From a candidate division WWE3 bacterium RIFOXYD1_FULL_43_17 (lineage in GTDB: Bacteria > Patescibacteriota > WWE3 > UBA101185 > UBA10185), in contig MEWJ01000059.1 of NCBI GenBank assembly GCA_001773385.1, positions 1 through 56,170 of the forward strand: DNA of 56,170 nt. Reading direction: 5' to 3'. Numbering within the stretch: position 1 is the first letter of the stretch; the number at the start of each line of letters is the position of its first letter. Positions 35,666 to 45,547 of the stretch are shown here, in pieces. Below the pieces are notes generated by a model. The model searched no databases and was not told where the DNA came from. It was given only the letters and a program-made list of their open reading frames with translations. Made by a program: the position numbers and the translations under genes.

Positions 35666-37423
35666 ATGAACTCCAACCGTATTTCCAATAAGGAAGTGAT
35701 CGCAATGATGAAAGAAGTGTTGGCGGCAATGGATGTAAAGAATTTCAATGTATTTAGAGTGCGGGCTTATCAGAACGCGATTGCAATTCTCGATAACTTA
35801 ACTGTGTCTATCTACGATTTGTGGGAAAATGGCCGTCTAAAAGAAATACCGGGCGTGGGTGCAAGCATTTACGCCCATCTAAACGAGCTTTTTTCCGAAG
35901 GCAAAGTCAAAGAATTTGAGGCCATCAAAAAAGACCTTCCCGAGGGAATGTTCGCTCTTATTGGTATCCGTGGAATCGGGGCAAGAAAGGCTTTTAAGTT
36001 AGCGACTGCGTTTAAAATAAAAACACGGGAAGGGGCGGTTGAAAAAATAAAAGAACACGCCGAAAAAGGTGAGATAAGAGAGCTTGAAGGTTTCGGCGAG
36101 AAATCCGAAAAAGATATATTGGAAGCTGTCGGGCAGTTCAAAATGACAAAGAACGAAAAGCAGCGTGTTTTATATTCCAAAGCCGAAGAAACAGTGGGAA
36201 GAATCTACGATTACATGAAGGAGATTGATGCACTGGGGCGAATCGAGGCAGCAGGTTCTTTCCGCAGAAAGAACGCCACTATCGGCGACTTGGATATCCC
36301 TGTCTCTACGACCGATCCGGATAAAACGATAAAACACTTTCTAAAATTTCCCGAAATTGCCGAAACTTTGGTAAAAGGAGACAAGAAATGCAGTGTTGTG
36401 CTTAACAATGAGCTCCAGGTGGATTTGCGTGTTTGCACTCCCGAAGCGTATGGTGCCATGTTGCAGTATTTCACGGGTTCAAAGCAACATAACATTCTCC
36501 TCCGTAATTTTGCCCTTTCCAAAAACATGTCTTTGTCTGAGTATGGGATTAAAAAGGGAAGCGACACCCACGAATTTGCCGATGAACCGTCCTTTTACAA
36601 ATTTTTAGGTTTGCCTTACATCGAACCCGAGCTTAGGAACGGCTCCAACGAAATAGAAGCCGCAATTGATAATAAATTGCCCGAACTCATCGAATTAAAA
36701 GATATAAAGGGAGAAGTTCACACTCACACGATTGATTCGGATGGTTTGAGTACGCTGGAAGAAATGGTTACAGCAGCAATCGCGTTGGGTTACGAGTATT
36801 TAGGGATTTCCGATCATGCCCCGAGTGTTACATCGCGCGGCTACAAAGAAGTTTCGGACATTATAAAAAAGAAGAGGGCAGCGATAGAAAAAATAAACAA
36901 AAAGCAGAATTTTATTAAAGTGTTTTTCGGTTATGAAGTTAATATTTTGGCCGATGCAACCCTGGGTTTGCCCGACGAAGTGTTATCAGAATTAGACTAC
37001 GTTGTTGCTTCTATTCACACCTCTTTTAATCAGGACAGGGAACAGATTACCGACAGACTTCTAGCAGCAATAGAAAATCCGTACGTTAATATAATCGGGC
37101 ACCCTTCGGGAAGATTGTTAAATCAACGTGATCCGGTAGACCCCGCCTGGGATAAGATTTTTTTAGCTGCCCGCGACAATAACAAAATCCTCGAAATAAA
37201 TTCGCAGCCCGACCGTTTAGACCTTACCGACGACTTAGTTAAAGAAGCAATTAGCTGGAAAGTGAAAATGGTTATAAGTAGCGACGCACACGCAACAGAT
37301 CAGCTTTCACACATGAGATACGGAATATACAACGCGCGCCGGGGTTGGGCCGAAAAGAAAAATATAATAAATACGCTCGGTTTTACTGACTTTGTGAGAG
37401 AAGCAGGAATACGTTTGAAGTGA
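35666..37423 (+). CDS. polX: Family X DNA polymerase with a C-terminal PHP domain (PolX)
   Basis: HhH region (IPGVGASIYAHL, GIRGIGARKA), nucleotidyltransferase motif GSFRRKNATIGDLDI, and PHP metal motifs (HTHTIDSDG, ISDHAP, SSDAH). Confidence 0.9.
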   Translation: MNSNRISNKEVIAMMKEVLAAMDVKNFNVFRVRAYQNAIAILDNLTVSIYDLWENGRLKEIPGVGASIYAHLNELFSEGKVKEFEAIKKDLPEGMFALIGIRGIGARKAFKLATAFKIKTREGAVEKIKEHAEKGEIRELEGFGEKSEKDILEAVGQFKMTKNEKQRVLYSKAEETVGRIYDYMKEIDALGRIEAAGSFRRKNATIGDLDIPVSTTDPDKTIKHFLKFPEIAETLVKGDKKCSVVLNNELQVDLRVCTPEAYGAMLQYFTGSKQHNILLRNFALSKNMSLSEYGIKKGSDTHEFADEPSFYKFLGLPYIEPELRNGSNEIEAAIDNKLPELIELKDIKGEVHTHTIDSDGLSTLEEMVTAAIALGYEYLGISDHAPSVTSRGYKEVSDIIKKKRAAIEKINKKQNFIKVFFGYEVNILADATLGLPDEVLSELDYVVASIHTSFNQDREQITDRLLAAIENPYVNIIGHPSGRLLNQRDPVDPAWDKIFLAARDNNKILEINSQPDRLDLTDDLVKEAISWKVKMVISSDAHATDQLSHMRYGIYNARRGWAEKKNIINTLGFTDFVREAGIRLK

Positions 37424-37482
37424 ATTCTTTTACAAAAGATATATAATGGCTTTAGTAATTTTGTTATCTAAGGAGGTGCATT

Positions 37483-38025
37483 ATGGGAATTATTTTAGCA
37501 GTCATAGCGTTAGCCGCCGTGTTTTTGATTTCGATCTATAACTCTCTTGTAACATTGAAAGTTAAGATCAAGGAAGCCTGGAGCCAGATAGACGTCCAGC
37601 TTAAAAGAAGGATCGACCTTATACCTAATTTGGTAGAGTCGGTTAAAGGTTACGCTGCTCACGAAAAGGAAGTGTTCGAGAATGTTACCAAAGCCCGCGC
37701 GGCTTTGATGACAGCAGGAGACGCAAAGGCCGCAGGTGAGGCTGACATGCAGCTAACTTCAGCCTTGAAAAGCCTTTTTGCCGTTGCCGAAGCCTATCCG
37801 GAACTAAAAGCTCAGGAAGGTTTTATTAACTTGCAGAAGGAACTTTCAGATACTGAAGATAAGGTCGCTTATTCCAGACAATTCTTTAACAGCGTCGTAA
37901 GACAGTACAATGAGAAAATTGTTGCCTTCCCTTCAAACCTGATCGCAGGAATGTTCGGATTTACGCAGGAAGCATTCTTTGAGGCAGAAGCGCAGGATAG
38001 AGAAGCAGTTAAAGTTCAGTTCTAA
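37483..38025 (+). CDS. lemA: LemA family protein
   Basis: 180 aa with an N-terminal TM and the LemA core ([31 protein letters not shown]). SD AAGGAGG lies upstream. Confidence 0.85.
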   Translation: MGIILAVIALAAVFLISIYNSLVTLKVKIKEAWSQIDVQLKRRIDLIPNLVESVKGYAAHEKEVFENVTKARAALMTAGDAKAAGEADMQLTSALKSLFAVAEAYPELKAQEGFINLQKELSDTEDKVAYSRQFFNSVVRQYNEKIVAFPSNLIAGMFGFTQEAFFEAEAQDREAVKVQF

Positions 38026-38492
38026 TGGACAAGCACTCGTTAAAGATCAAGATTGCCGTCCTGGCCTACTTTGAAAAAGACGGAAAAGTTCTTTTGCAGA
38101 AAAGAAAAAACACCGGCTGGCGGGACGGTTGGTACGGGTTGGTAGCGGGGCATGTAGATGAAGCTGAACCTTACAAACTTGCACTTTGCCGTGAAATAAA
38201 AGAGGAAGCCGGGGTCGATGTTTTAGAGGAAGACCTCGAATTTAGTCATTTTTTATCCATTCCCGCAAAAATCTCGGATTGCGACAGGCAGTTTTTTTAC
38301 TTCACTGTCAAAAAATGGGACGGTGAACCGTTCAACATGGAGCCCGACAAATGTTTCGAGTTGGCCTGGTTCGATAAACTGTCCCTTCCTGAAAATTTGA
38401 TTCCTGTAGTGAAATCGGGACTGGACAAAATGCTAGCCGGAGAAAAATACAGCGAGTTTGGTTGGGAGGAAGGATACACAGAACGGTCATGA
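38025..38492 (+). CDS. NUDIX hydrolase
   Basis: Nudix box GHVDEAEPYKLALCREIKEEAGV (GX5EX7REUXEEXGU). The start overlaps the lemA stop (TAATG). Confidence 0.8.
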   Translation: MDKHSLKIKIAVLAYFEKDGKVLLQKRKNTGWRDGWYGLVAGHVDEAEPYKLALCREIKEEAGVDVLEEDLEFSHFLSIPAKISDCDRQFFYFTVKKWDGEPFNMEPDKCFELAWFDKLSLPENLIPVVKSGLDKMLAGEKYSEFGWEEGYTERS

Positions 38493-39388
38493 ACATGTAT
38501 CAGCACATAGAACAAAATAAGAGGGACACGGTCATTATCGTTACCCTGTTTATTGCTATAGTATCAGCAATAGGCTGGTTTGTAGGCGAATATTTTTACG
38601 AAGGGTCGGGCGTGACTTTTTTGGGTGGTGCCCTTATTTTTTCCGGAATCTCGGGATTCATTTCTTATTACAATTCCGACAAAATAGTTCTGGGGATTTC
38701 GGGAGCTAAAGAAGTTAAGTTTGAAGACGGTCCCGATCTTCACAAATTAGTAGAAAATATGAGCATAGCTTCAGGTATTCCGAAACCAAGAATTTATGTC
38801 ATTGAGGATTCGTCCATGAATGCATTTGCTACAGGCCGTGACCCAGAACATTCTGTCATTTGTTTTACAACCGGAATTGTGCAGCGTCTGGAAAAAAGAG
38901 AACTCGAAGGCGTAATCGCGCATGAAATGTCTCACATCGGAAATTTCGATATACGCCTTATGTCTATTGTGAGCATTTTAGTAGGGACAATCATGCTTTT
39001 AGCAGATTGGTTTACACGGGGAGCATTTTATGGAGGATCTAGGAAAAGAAGTTCCGACTCAAATTCCGGGGGAAGCATATTTTTTCTTGTCGGGATGATT
39101 TTACTTATATTAAGTCCGATAATTGCCACTTTGATAAAACTTGCCATTAGCAGAAACAGGGAATTTTTAGCTGACGCCACAGCAGTATCTATAACCAGAC
39201 ACCCGAGAGGATTGGCAGACGCTTTAATGAAACTGGGTAGTGACCGGGAAGTTTTAGAAGCGGCAAACGGTGCTACAGCTCATCTTTATATCGTAAGTCC
39301 TGTGAGAACCTTGGGAAAAGCAGTGGAAGGTCTATTTTCCACGCACCCGCCCATCGAGGAACGTATAAACCGTCTACTGCAGATGTAA
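38489..39388 (+). CDS. htpX: Zinc metalloprotease HtpX (M48)
   Basis: HEMSH zinc motif, four TM segments and the C-terminal THPPIEERI motif. ATG 38489 overlaps the NUDIX stop (ATGA). Confidence 0.9.
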   Translation: MNMYQHIEQNKRDTVIIVTLFIAIVSAIGWFVGEYFYEGSGVTFLGGALIFSGISGFISYYNSDKIVLGISGAKEVKFEDGPDLHKLVENMSIASGIPKPRIYVIEDSSMNAFATGRDPEHSVICFTTGIVQRLEKRELEGVIAHEMSHIGNFDIRLMSIVSILVGTIMLLADWFTRGAFYGGSRKRSSDSNSGGSIFFLVGMILLILSPIIATLIKLAISRNREFLADATAVSITRHPRGLADALMKLGSDREVLEAANGATAHLYIVSPVRTLGKAVEGLFSTHPPIEERINRLLQM

Positions 39389-39428
39389 GCGCTCAAAAAC
39401 CTTTTAATATCCACGAAAATGCTTTAAT

Positions 39429-39737
39429 ATGAACATTATGGACAGCAGAAAAATAACAATTGAAGAGGTTAAAAAAATCGCTCAAATGTCCAAACTTAAT
39501 GTTGAAGGCGACGAAGAAAAGTTTTCCCAACTATTATCACAGACCCTGGATTACATAAAAATATTGGACGAACTTGATACTTCCAAAGTCAGTGAAACAT
39601 TCCAGGTTACGGGTTTAACAAATGTTTATCAGGACGGTTCACAAAAAGTAACTCTTCCCCGCGAAGACGCTTTAAAAAATGTTAAGGAAATTATAAGAAA
39701 CCTTGTGGTTACCAAAGGAGTTTTCGACCGTGAGTAA
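39429..39737 (+). CDS. gatC: Glu/Asp-tRNA amidotransferase subunit C
   Basis: About 100 aa. VKKIAQMSKLNVEGDEEKFSQLLSQTLDYIKILDELDT is typical of GatC. Lies upstream of gatA. Confidence 0.85.
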   Translation: MNIMDSRKITIEEVKKIAQMSKLNVEGDEEKFSQLLSQTLDYIKILDELDTSKVSETFQVTGLTNVYQDGSQKVTLPREDALKNVKEIIRNLVVTKGVFDRE

Positions 39738-41169
39738 ACTTAATGAACTTACAGTTAAAGAAGCTCTGGAGGGTTTAAAGAAAAAAGAATTCACCTCTGT
39801 TGATTTGGTAAACGCGTGTTTAGCTCAAATTGAAAAGTTTGACCCGCAAATAAAGGCGTTTTTGCGGGTAACCTCAGAAAGCGCTTTAGAGAAAGCCGTG
39901 GAAGCCGATAAAGAAATTTCTGCAAAGGGCGCCAACGCTTTTATAAACAAACCGTTGTTGGGCATTCCATACGCGGCAAAAGATAATTATTCAACTAAAA
40001 ATATTGAAACTACCGCATCTTCAAAAGTCCTGGAAGGCTATGTTCCTCCCTTTGATGCTACCGCGATAAAAAAACTTAACGAAGCCGGGGCAATTTTACT
40101 GGGAAAAACTAATCTTGACGCTTTCGCCCACGGTTCTTCCACCGAAACATCCGACTTCGGAACAACCTTTAATCCGTGGGATCTAAGTAAAGTGCCGGGA
40201 GGTTCTTCGGGCGGCTCAGCGGCTGCCGTAGCGTCCCATATGGTGTTATTTGCGACCGGAAGTGAGACGGGCGGAAGTACACGCGGTCCGGCGTCCTGGT
40301 GCGGTGTCACGGGCGTAAAACCCTCTTACGGAAGGGTGAGCAGGTATGGAATTGTGGCCATGGCTTCTTCTACCGATTCTCCGGGTCCACTAACTAAAAC
40401 AGCCGAAGATGCGGCGGTAGTTTTAAGAGTTATGGCAGGGAAAGACCCGCTTGATGCAACATCCTTACAAACAGAAGTGCCCGATTACTTAGCCGAAGGG
40501 AAGTCTTTTAGTATGAAGGGAGTCAAAATCGGAAGACCGGTGTCCTACTTTGAAATGGAACTTGAAGACGGAACAAGAAAAAAGATAGATGAGGCCATTG
40601 AGGTTTTCAAAACTTTAGGAGCAGAAATTATTGATGTTGACATGCTTAGCCCGAAATACTCAATTGCCGTTTATACAATCTTGCAAAGATCCGAAGTTTC
40701 GTCTAATTTGGCGAGGCTTGATGGAATAAGATACGGAAATGATCGCAACTCATTCGGTTTTGAAGCAAAGAAAAGAATTATGTTGGGCGCTTACACTTTA
40801 AGCTCTGGGTACTACGATGCTTACTATGCAAAAGCGCAAAAAGTACGTACGTTAATTAAACAAAGTTTTGATGCAGCTTTTGAAAAAGTTGATTTGCTGG
40901 TTGCTCCTTCCATGCCTTGTGTCGCTCTAAATGTCGGCGAAAGTTCTAACTCACCGATGTTCGGAGAAATGATGGATGTTTTAAATGAACCCAGCTGTAT
41001 TGCGGGCGTACCGGGAATTAGTGTACCGTGCGGGTTTTACAACGGACTTCCCGTAGGTGTTCAAATAATGAGCAGGATAAACGAAGAGTCGAAAATATTC
41101 GGAGCATTATTTAATTATCAGGGGGCGACGGGCTTTCATCTCGAAAAACCGGCGCTAATTAAGGAATAA
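39730..41169 (+). CDS. gatA: Glu/Asp-tRNA amidotransferase subunit A
   Basis: Amidase signature GGSSGGSAAAVA and the catalytic Ser-Ser-Lys context. The probable GTG start at 39730 overlaps the gatC stop. Confidence 0.93.
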   Translation: MSKLNELTVKEALEGLKKKEFTSVDLVNACLAQIEKFDPQIKAFLRVTSESALEKAVEADKEISAKGANAFINKPLLGIPYAAKDNYSTKNIETTASSKVLEGYVPPFDATAIKKLNEAGAILLGKTNLDAFAHGSSTETSDFGTTFNPWDLSKVPGGSSGGSAAAVASHMVLFATGSETGGSTRGPASWCGVTGVKPSYGRVSRYGIVAMASSTDSPGPLTKTAEDAAVVLRVMAGKDPLDATSLQTEVPDYLAEGKSFSMKGVKIGRPVSYFEMELEDGTRKKIDEAIEVFKTLGAEIIDVDMLSPKYSIAVYTILQRSEVSSNLARLDGIRYGNDRNSFGFEAKKRIMLGAYTLSSGYYDAYYAKAQKVRTLIKQSFDAAFEKVDLLVAPSMPCVALNVGESSNSPMFGEMMDVLNEPSCIAGVPGISVPCGFYNGLPVGVQIMSRINEESKIFGALFNYQGATGFHLEKPALIKE

Positions 41170-41171
41170 TT

Positions 41172-41564
41172 ATGGGATTTTTTGATTTTATATTCGGCTC
41201 AGGAAGTTCCCCGTCTTACGGTTCGGTAAGCCAGGAGACCGTCAGAAAAATAACGTCTGATTGGGAAAACATAAGCATCCTACTTAAGCAAAAAGGTCCT
41301 TCGCAATTAAAACAGGCTCTGATTATGGCCGACAAATCACTGGACGCTGTATTAAAAGAAATAGTTCCGGGCGAGACAATGGGAGAACGTTTGAAAAACG
41401 CCGTTGAAAAATTTGACAGACCTACTTACAACAGAATTTGGGACGCACACAAATTAAGAAATAGTTTGGTACATGAGGCAGGTTTTGAGCCGGCGTATTT
41501 TATGATTATCGAAGCAGTCGCCAATTTAAAAGAGGCCTTATATAAATTAGGAGTTAATGTTTAA
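41172..41564 (+). CDS. Small helical protein with a HEPN-type Rx4H motif (DUF4145-like)
   Basis: 130 aa. AHKLRNSLVHE contains R96-x4-H101 in a predicted all-helical context. It is wedged between gatA (2-nt gap) and gatB (3-nt gap). Confidence 0.5.
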   Translation: MGFFDFIFGSGSSPSYGSVSQETVRKITSDWENISILLKQKGPSQLKQALIMADKSLDAVLKEIVPGETMGERLKNAVEKFDRPTYNRIWDAHKLRNSLVHEAGFEPAYFMIIEAVANLKEALYKLGVNV

Positions 41565-41567
41565 AAA

Positions 41568-42890
41568 ATGAACGAAGAATTATTAGGAAAATACAAACTG
41601 GTCGTGGGAATGGAAGTTCACGTCCAACCCAAAACGGAAACAAAAATGTTCTGCGGATGTGACGCCAATATATGGGGCGCCGAGCCTAATACTCACACCT
41701 GTCCTACATGTTTAGGATTACCGGGGGCTTTACCCGTTCCTAATTTAGATGGAGTTAAAAAAGCGCAACTACTTGGTTTAGCTTTAAACTGCACTTTAAA
41801 CAACGACTCGAGATTCGACAGAAAGCATTATTTTTACCCCGATCTCCCGAAAGGTTACCAAATAAGTCAGTACAAACAACCTTTGTGTGAAAACGGCTCG
41901 TTGTCTTTGGAAAGCGGCAACACAGCAGATATCGAACGGGTACACCTCGAAGAAGACGTGGCAAAATCTTTTCACGAGGGAGGAAAGACTTTAGTTGATT
42001 TCAACAAGTCCGGGTTGCCGTTAATTGAGGTAGTTACCAGGCCGTGTTTTCGTTCCATCGAAGACGCCGTAGATTACTGCAAAAAACTCCAAGTCATTTG
42101 CAGGTACTTAGGAATAAGCGAAGCCGACATGGAAAAAGGTCAGATGAGGCTGGAAGCTAATATTTCACTGAGAACCGGCGAGATGGAAGAAAAAGATGAA
42201 CTGTCCCCTTACAAAGTTGAAGTTAAAAATATTAACTCGTTCAAATATATGGAAAAAGCCGTACGGGCGGAGATTGTCAGACAGCGCGAAATTTTGGAAA
42301 AGGGTGAAATGCCCAAACAGGAAAACCGCGGGTACGACGAATTTAAAAATATTACTGTCGCGCAACGGGATAAAGAAGAAGCTTCGGATTACAGGTATTT
42401 TCCAGAGCCCGATATTCCGCCGATGGTTTTTGATGAGAAATATTTTAATGAGTTAAGGGCGGTTGAAGGTAGTTTGCCGCAATCCTTGAGGGATGTAATG
42501 GAAAAGAAAGGTGTTGCCAAGGAGCAGAGTAGGATTCTGGTGGAAGTTATGGGGGCTGCGGTGGTTGAGAAGTTTCATAAGCTGATCGAAGGCGGTTTAG
42601 ATGCGGTAAAAGCAGCTACGGTTTTGATTAACAGAAAAGATCTTTTTGAGCTTAATGTTGAAGAGATTTTGAATAAAATAAAAGGTGAGGGTGAGAAGGT
42701 TTCCGACACCGGAGAAATAAGAAAAGTTGTTGAAAACGTGATGGAAAAAAATCAGGCAGCTGTTACCGATTTTAAAAACGGAAAAGAAAGTGCCCTACAA
42801 TTTTTGCTGGGAAATGTGATGAGAGAGATGAAGGGTAAGGCAGACGCTTCGGTAGCAATAGAAACAATCAAAGAACTTCTCAAAAAGTGA
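41568..42890 (+). CDS. gatB: Glu/Asp-tRNA amidotransferase subunit B
   Basis: GMEVHVQ, CPTCLGLPGALP, YFYPDLPKGYQISQ and a C-terminal YqeY-like tail (LQFLLGNVMREMKGKA). Confidence 0.93.
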   Translation: MNEELLGKYKLVVGMEVHVQPKTETKMFCGCDANIWGAEPNTHTCPTCLGLPGALPVPNLDGVKKAQLLGLALNCTLNNDSRFDRKHYFYPDLPKGYQISQYKQPLCENGSLSLESGNTADIERVHLEEDVAKSFHEGGKTLVDFNKSGLPLIEVVTRPCFRSIEDAVDYCKKLQVICRYLGISEADMEKGQMRLEANISLRTGEMEEKDELSPYKVEVKNINSFKYMEKAVRAEIVRQREILEKGEMPKQENRGYDEFKNITVAQRDKEEASDYRYFPEPDIPPMVFDEKYFNELRAVEGSLPQSLRDVMEKKGVAKEQSRILVEVMGAAVVEKFHKLIEGGLDAVKAATVLINRKDLFELNVEEILNKIKGEGEKVSDTGEIRKVVENVMEKNQAAVTDFKNGKESALQFLLGNVMREMKGKADASVAIETIKELLKK

Positions 42891-42998
42891 GCATGCATTT
42901 TGGAGGGTACTCCAAAAAGTGAGTAAAAAAATAGTAAGCATTTGGTAAAAAGTAGCCGCACTGTTGGAATGAATCCAAAAAAGCGGCGGGTTACGGTG

Positions 42999-43184
42999 TT
43001 ACGCCAAAGCCAGTGCGGTCAAGATCCCTCCGAATATGAGCAATTTAATCCCCAGGATGGTAAGTAGAATTCTTCTCGGGCTCTCTGTGATTAGTAAAAT
43101 CCCACCCTCGAAAGGAAGAAAGACCCCCACAACCTGTTTTTGCCACAATTCCATTTGCGATCCCGGTACGAGCAGTAGAACCAA
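42999..43184 (-). CDS. Possible small membrane protein
   Basis: 61-aa hydrophobic ORF with a TTG start and no clear SD. Confidence 0.25.
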   Translation of the reverse strand: MVLLLVPGSQMELWQKQVVGVFLPFEGGILLITESPRRILLTILGIKLLIFGGILTALALA

Positions 43185-43290
43185 AAGCGCAAATAGAACG
43201 GCTCCTGACCACTTCAGGTTATTATTTCGCTGAATCCTTTTCTACTCTTCCGAACTATCCATGTCACTATCCTTTCCTAGGTTCTAGTAT

Positions 43291-43542
43291 CTAACTCGCG
43301 AGCACAGTTAAGGCGATGTAAAACGCAAGTACAAAAGAGACTATCGAAACAATCTTGTCGAGAATGGTTTTAGCATCAAAAAACCGTTCCGTTCCGATAG
43401 CAGCCAGGAACCCAATGAGTACCATGGAAGCGTTATGAAGTACCCACTGATCGAAAATAACGCGATTTGGTAAAAGTATTACCGCCAACCCTGTCATAAG
43501 TACTATAAATGCAATTACCTTAGGCCAGTGTTTCTCAATCAT
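43291..43542 (-). CDS. Small three-TM membrane protein
   Basis: 83-aa hydrophobic ORF with the SD-like AAGGAGGAGAG directly upstream of the ATG on the minus strand. Confidence 0.5.
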   Translation of the reverse strand: MIEKHWPKVIAFIVLMTGLAVILLPNRVIFDQWVLHNASMVLIGFLAAIGTERFFDAKTILDKIVSIVSFVLAFYIALTVLAS

Positions 43543-43651
43543 CTCTCCTCCTTATTAGTTGAATACCGGCATGTTAGCACACTATGGGTTTTGTGACAAC
43601 ACCGAAAAATGATGGAATTTTAGTATTTCCTCAAGTGGTATCATATACGGG

Positions 43652-45499
43652 ATGGAACTAAAATTTGATCCCGCAAACCCTTCATACGAGTACATTACAA
43701 AGACAGAACAGGCAAACGAAGCCTTAGAAATTTTAGAAAATGTAAAAGTAGTAGGGGTGGATATTGAAAGCACCGGTCTTGACCCTTACACTTCAAATTT
43801 ACTTTTGGTGCAAATAGGCACCGAAGATAAAAGTTACATTTTCGACGCACGCGCCCTCGAACTAAAAAACTTCACCCGTTTTAAAGATTTTTTGGAAAAT
43901 CCGAAGATACTTAAAATATTTCACAACGGTAAGTTCGATTACAAACACATCAAAATTCACATAGGCGCTGCCCCGACCAATTTATACGATACGATGCTTG
44001 CAGAAGTTATTTTAAACGCCGGACTCGGGCGCGGTTACTATTCTTTAAAAGACCTTACAAAAAAATACACGGGGTTGGATTTGAAAAAAGACGTACGGCA
44101 AACATTTGAAGGTGTGACAAATAAAACAAAAATTAATGTTGAACAATTAAACTATTCCGCCTTGGACACTTTAATCCTATTTCCGATTTTCAACGAACAG
44201 CTCGTTAAAATAAAGAGCGAGAATTTGTTAAATGTCGCTAAACTTGAGTTTGCTGCAACCCGCGCGGTTGGCGAAATGGAGCTAAAGGGCATTTATATCG
44301 ATGAGAAAAAGTGGCGGGAAATTATGGTGCATTTGTCCGAAAGAAGAAATGCTTTGGCAAAAGAATTTCAGGAGGCCATAAGACCTTATTACTCCAACAA
44401 CATGATTGATCTTTTCGGAAACCACGCGGACACAATAAATATGAATAGTCAGCAGCAGTTGATGGATTTATTTAATAACAAACTAAATCTAAATCTGCCG
44501 TCTACCGGAGATGCTCTTCTTGCTTTACACAACGAACCGATTGTTAAGCTGTTAAGAAATTACAGGGGATACGAAAAATTATTATCGGCTTTCGGCGACT
44601 CGCTGTTATCTAAAATCAACCCTGTTACAAAAAGGCTCCACCCCGAGTTCAACCAGCTCGGTACCGCAACAGGAAGATTTTCTTGTAATAATCCTAACCT
44701 CCAGCAGATTCCGAGAAATTCCGAAGAAGCTCCTTTTAGAACGTGTTTTAATCCCGAACCCGGTTACAAATTAGTTACGGCTGACTACTCTTCATTTGAG
44801 ATGAGAATCCTGGCCGAGCTTTCCGGAGATGCAAAAATGATTAAAGCGTTGAACGACGGGTTGGATATCCACTCGTACACGGCGTCGCTTATGTTTAACG
44901 TTCCATACAGTGAGGATTTTAAAAAGAAGTACCCTAGCTACAGACAAATTGCCAAACCTATAGGCTTCGGATTGATGTACGGTATGGGTTCGATGGGTTT
45001 GGCTGCGAGAATTGAAAACGAAACCGGAACTCCTGTATCAAGAGAGCAGGGCGAAGATTATATGAATAGATATTTCGCGAGTTACCCGAGTGTAAAAGAA
45101 TATCTCAACAAGACAGCGAAAAAAGCTGTAAGGGACGGTTTTAGCACGACGCCTCTCGGAAGAAAGCGCTGGTACGAAAAGCCGTTAAAAGACGACCCCG
45201 ATTTCAGGAAAAAAGAATCGCGCATCGAGAGAGAAGCGAAAAACCACCCAATTCAGGGAACAAACGCCGACGCGGTTAAGTACGCATTGATATTTTTAAA
45301 CGACAGGATGAAAAAAGAAGGGATAGACGGTGGACTTACGCTCACAGTTCACGACGAAATAGTGTCGGAAATAAGGGACGACCAGGCAGAGTATTGGGCA
45401 CAGGTGCAGTCTGACGAGATGGTGAGAGCAGCTGCCTTGTTTATTAAAAAAGTGAAGATCCAAAGTGACCCGTTTGTGGCTGATGTTTGGGAACATTAA
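43652..45499 (+). CDS. polA: DNA polymerase I, Klenow-like (3'-5' exonuclease plus polymerase, no 5' nuclease domain)
   Basis: Exo motifs VGVDIESTGL, NGKFDYKHI and YSALDTLILF. Polymerase motifs A (DYSSFEMRILA), B (RQIAKPIGFGLMYGMG) and C (VHDEIV). Only 615 aa. Confidence 0.9.
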   Translation: MELKFDPANPSYEYITKTEQANEALEILENVKVVGVDIESTGLDPYTSNLLLVQIGTEDKSYIFDARALELKNFTRFKDFLENPKILKIFHNGKFDYKHIKIHIGAAPTNLYDTMLAEVILNAGLGRGYYSLKDLTKKYTGLDLKKDVRQTFEGVTNKTKINVEQLNYSALDTLILFPIFNEQLVKIKSENLLNVAKLEFAATRAVGEMELKGIYIDEKKWREIMVHLSERRNALAKEFQEAIRPYYSNNMIDLFGNHADTINMNSQQQLMDLFNNKLNLNLPSTGDALLALHNEPIVKLLRNYRGYEKLLSAFGDSLLSKINPVTKRLHPEFNQLGTATGRFSCNNPNLQQIPRNSEEAPFRTCFNPEPGYKLVTADYSSFEMRILAELSGDAKMIKALNDGLDIHSYTASLMFNVPYSEDFKKKYPSYRQIAKPIGFGLMYGMGSMGLAARIENETGTPVSREQGEDYMNRYFASYPSVKEYLNKTAKKAVRDGFSTTPLGRKRWYEKPLKDDPDFRKKESRIEREAKNHPIQGTNADAVKYALIFLNDRMKKEGIDGGLTLTVHDEIVSEIRDDQAEYWAQVQSDEMVRAAALFIKKVKIQSDPFVADVWEH

Positions 45500-45547
45500 T
45501 CAAGAAAACTCTTGCACTCGAAAGCGTTGAGTGCTAATATCTCACTC

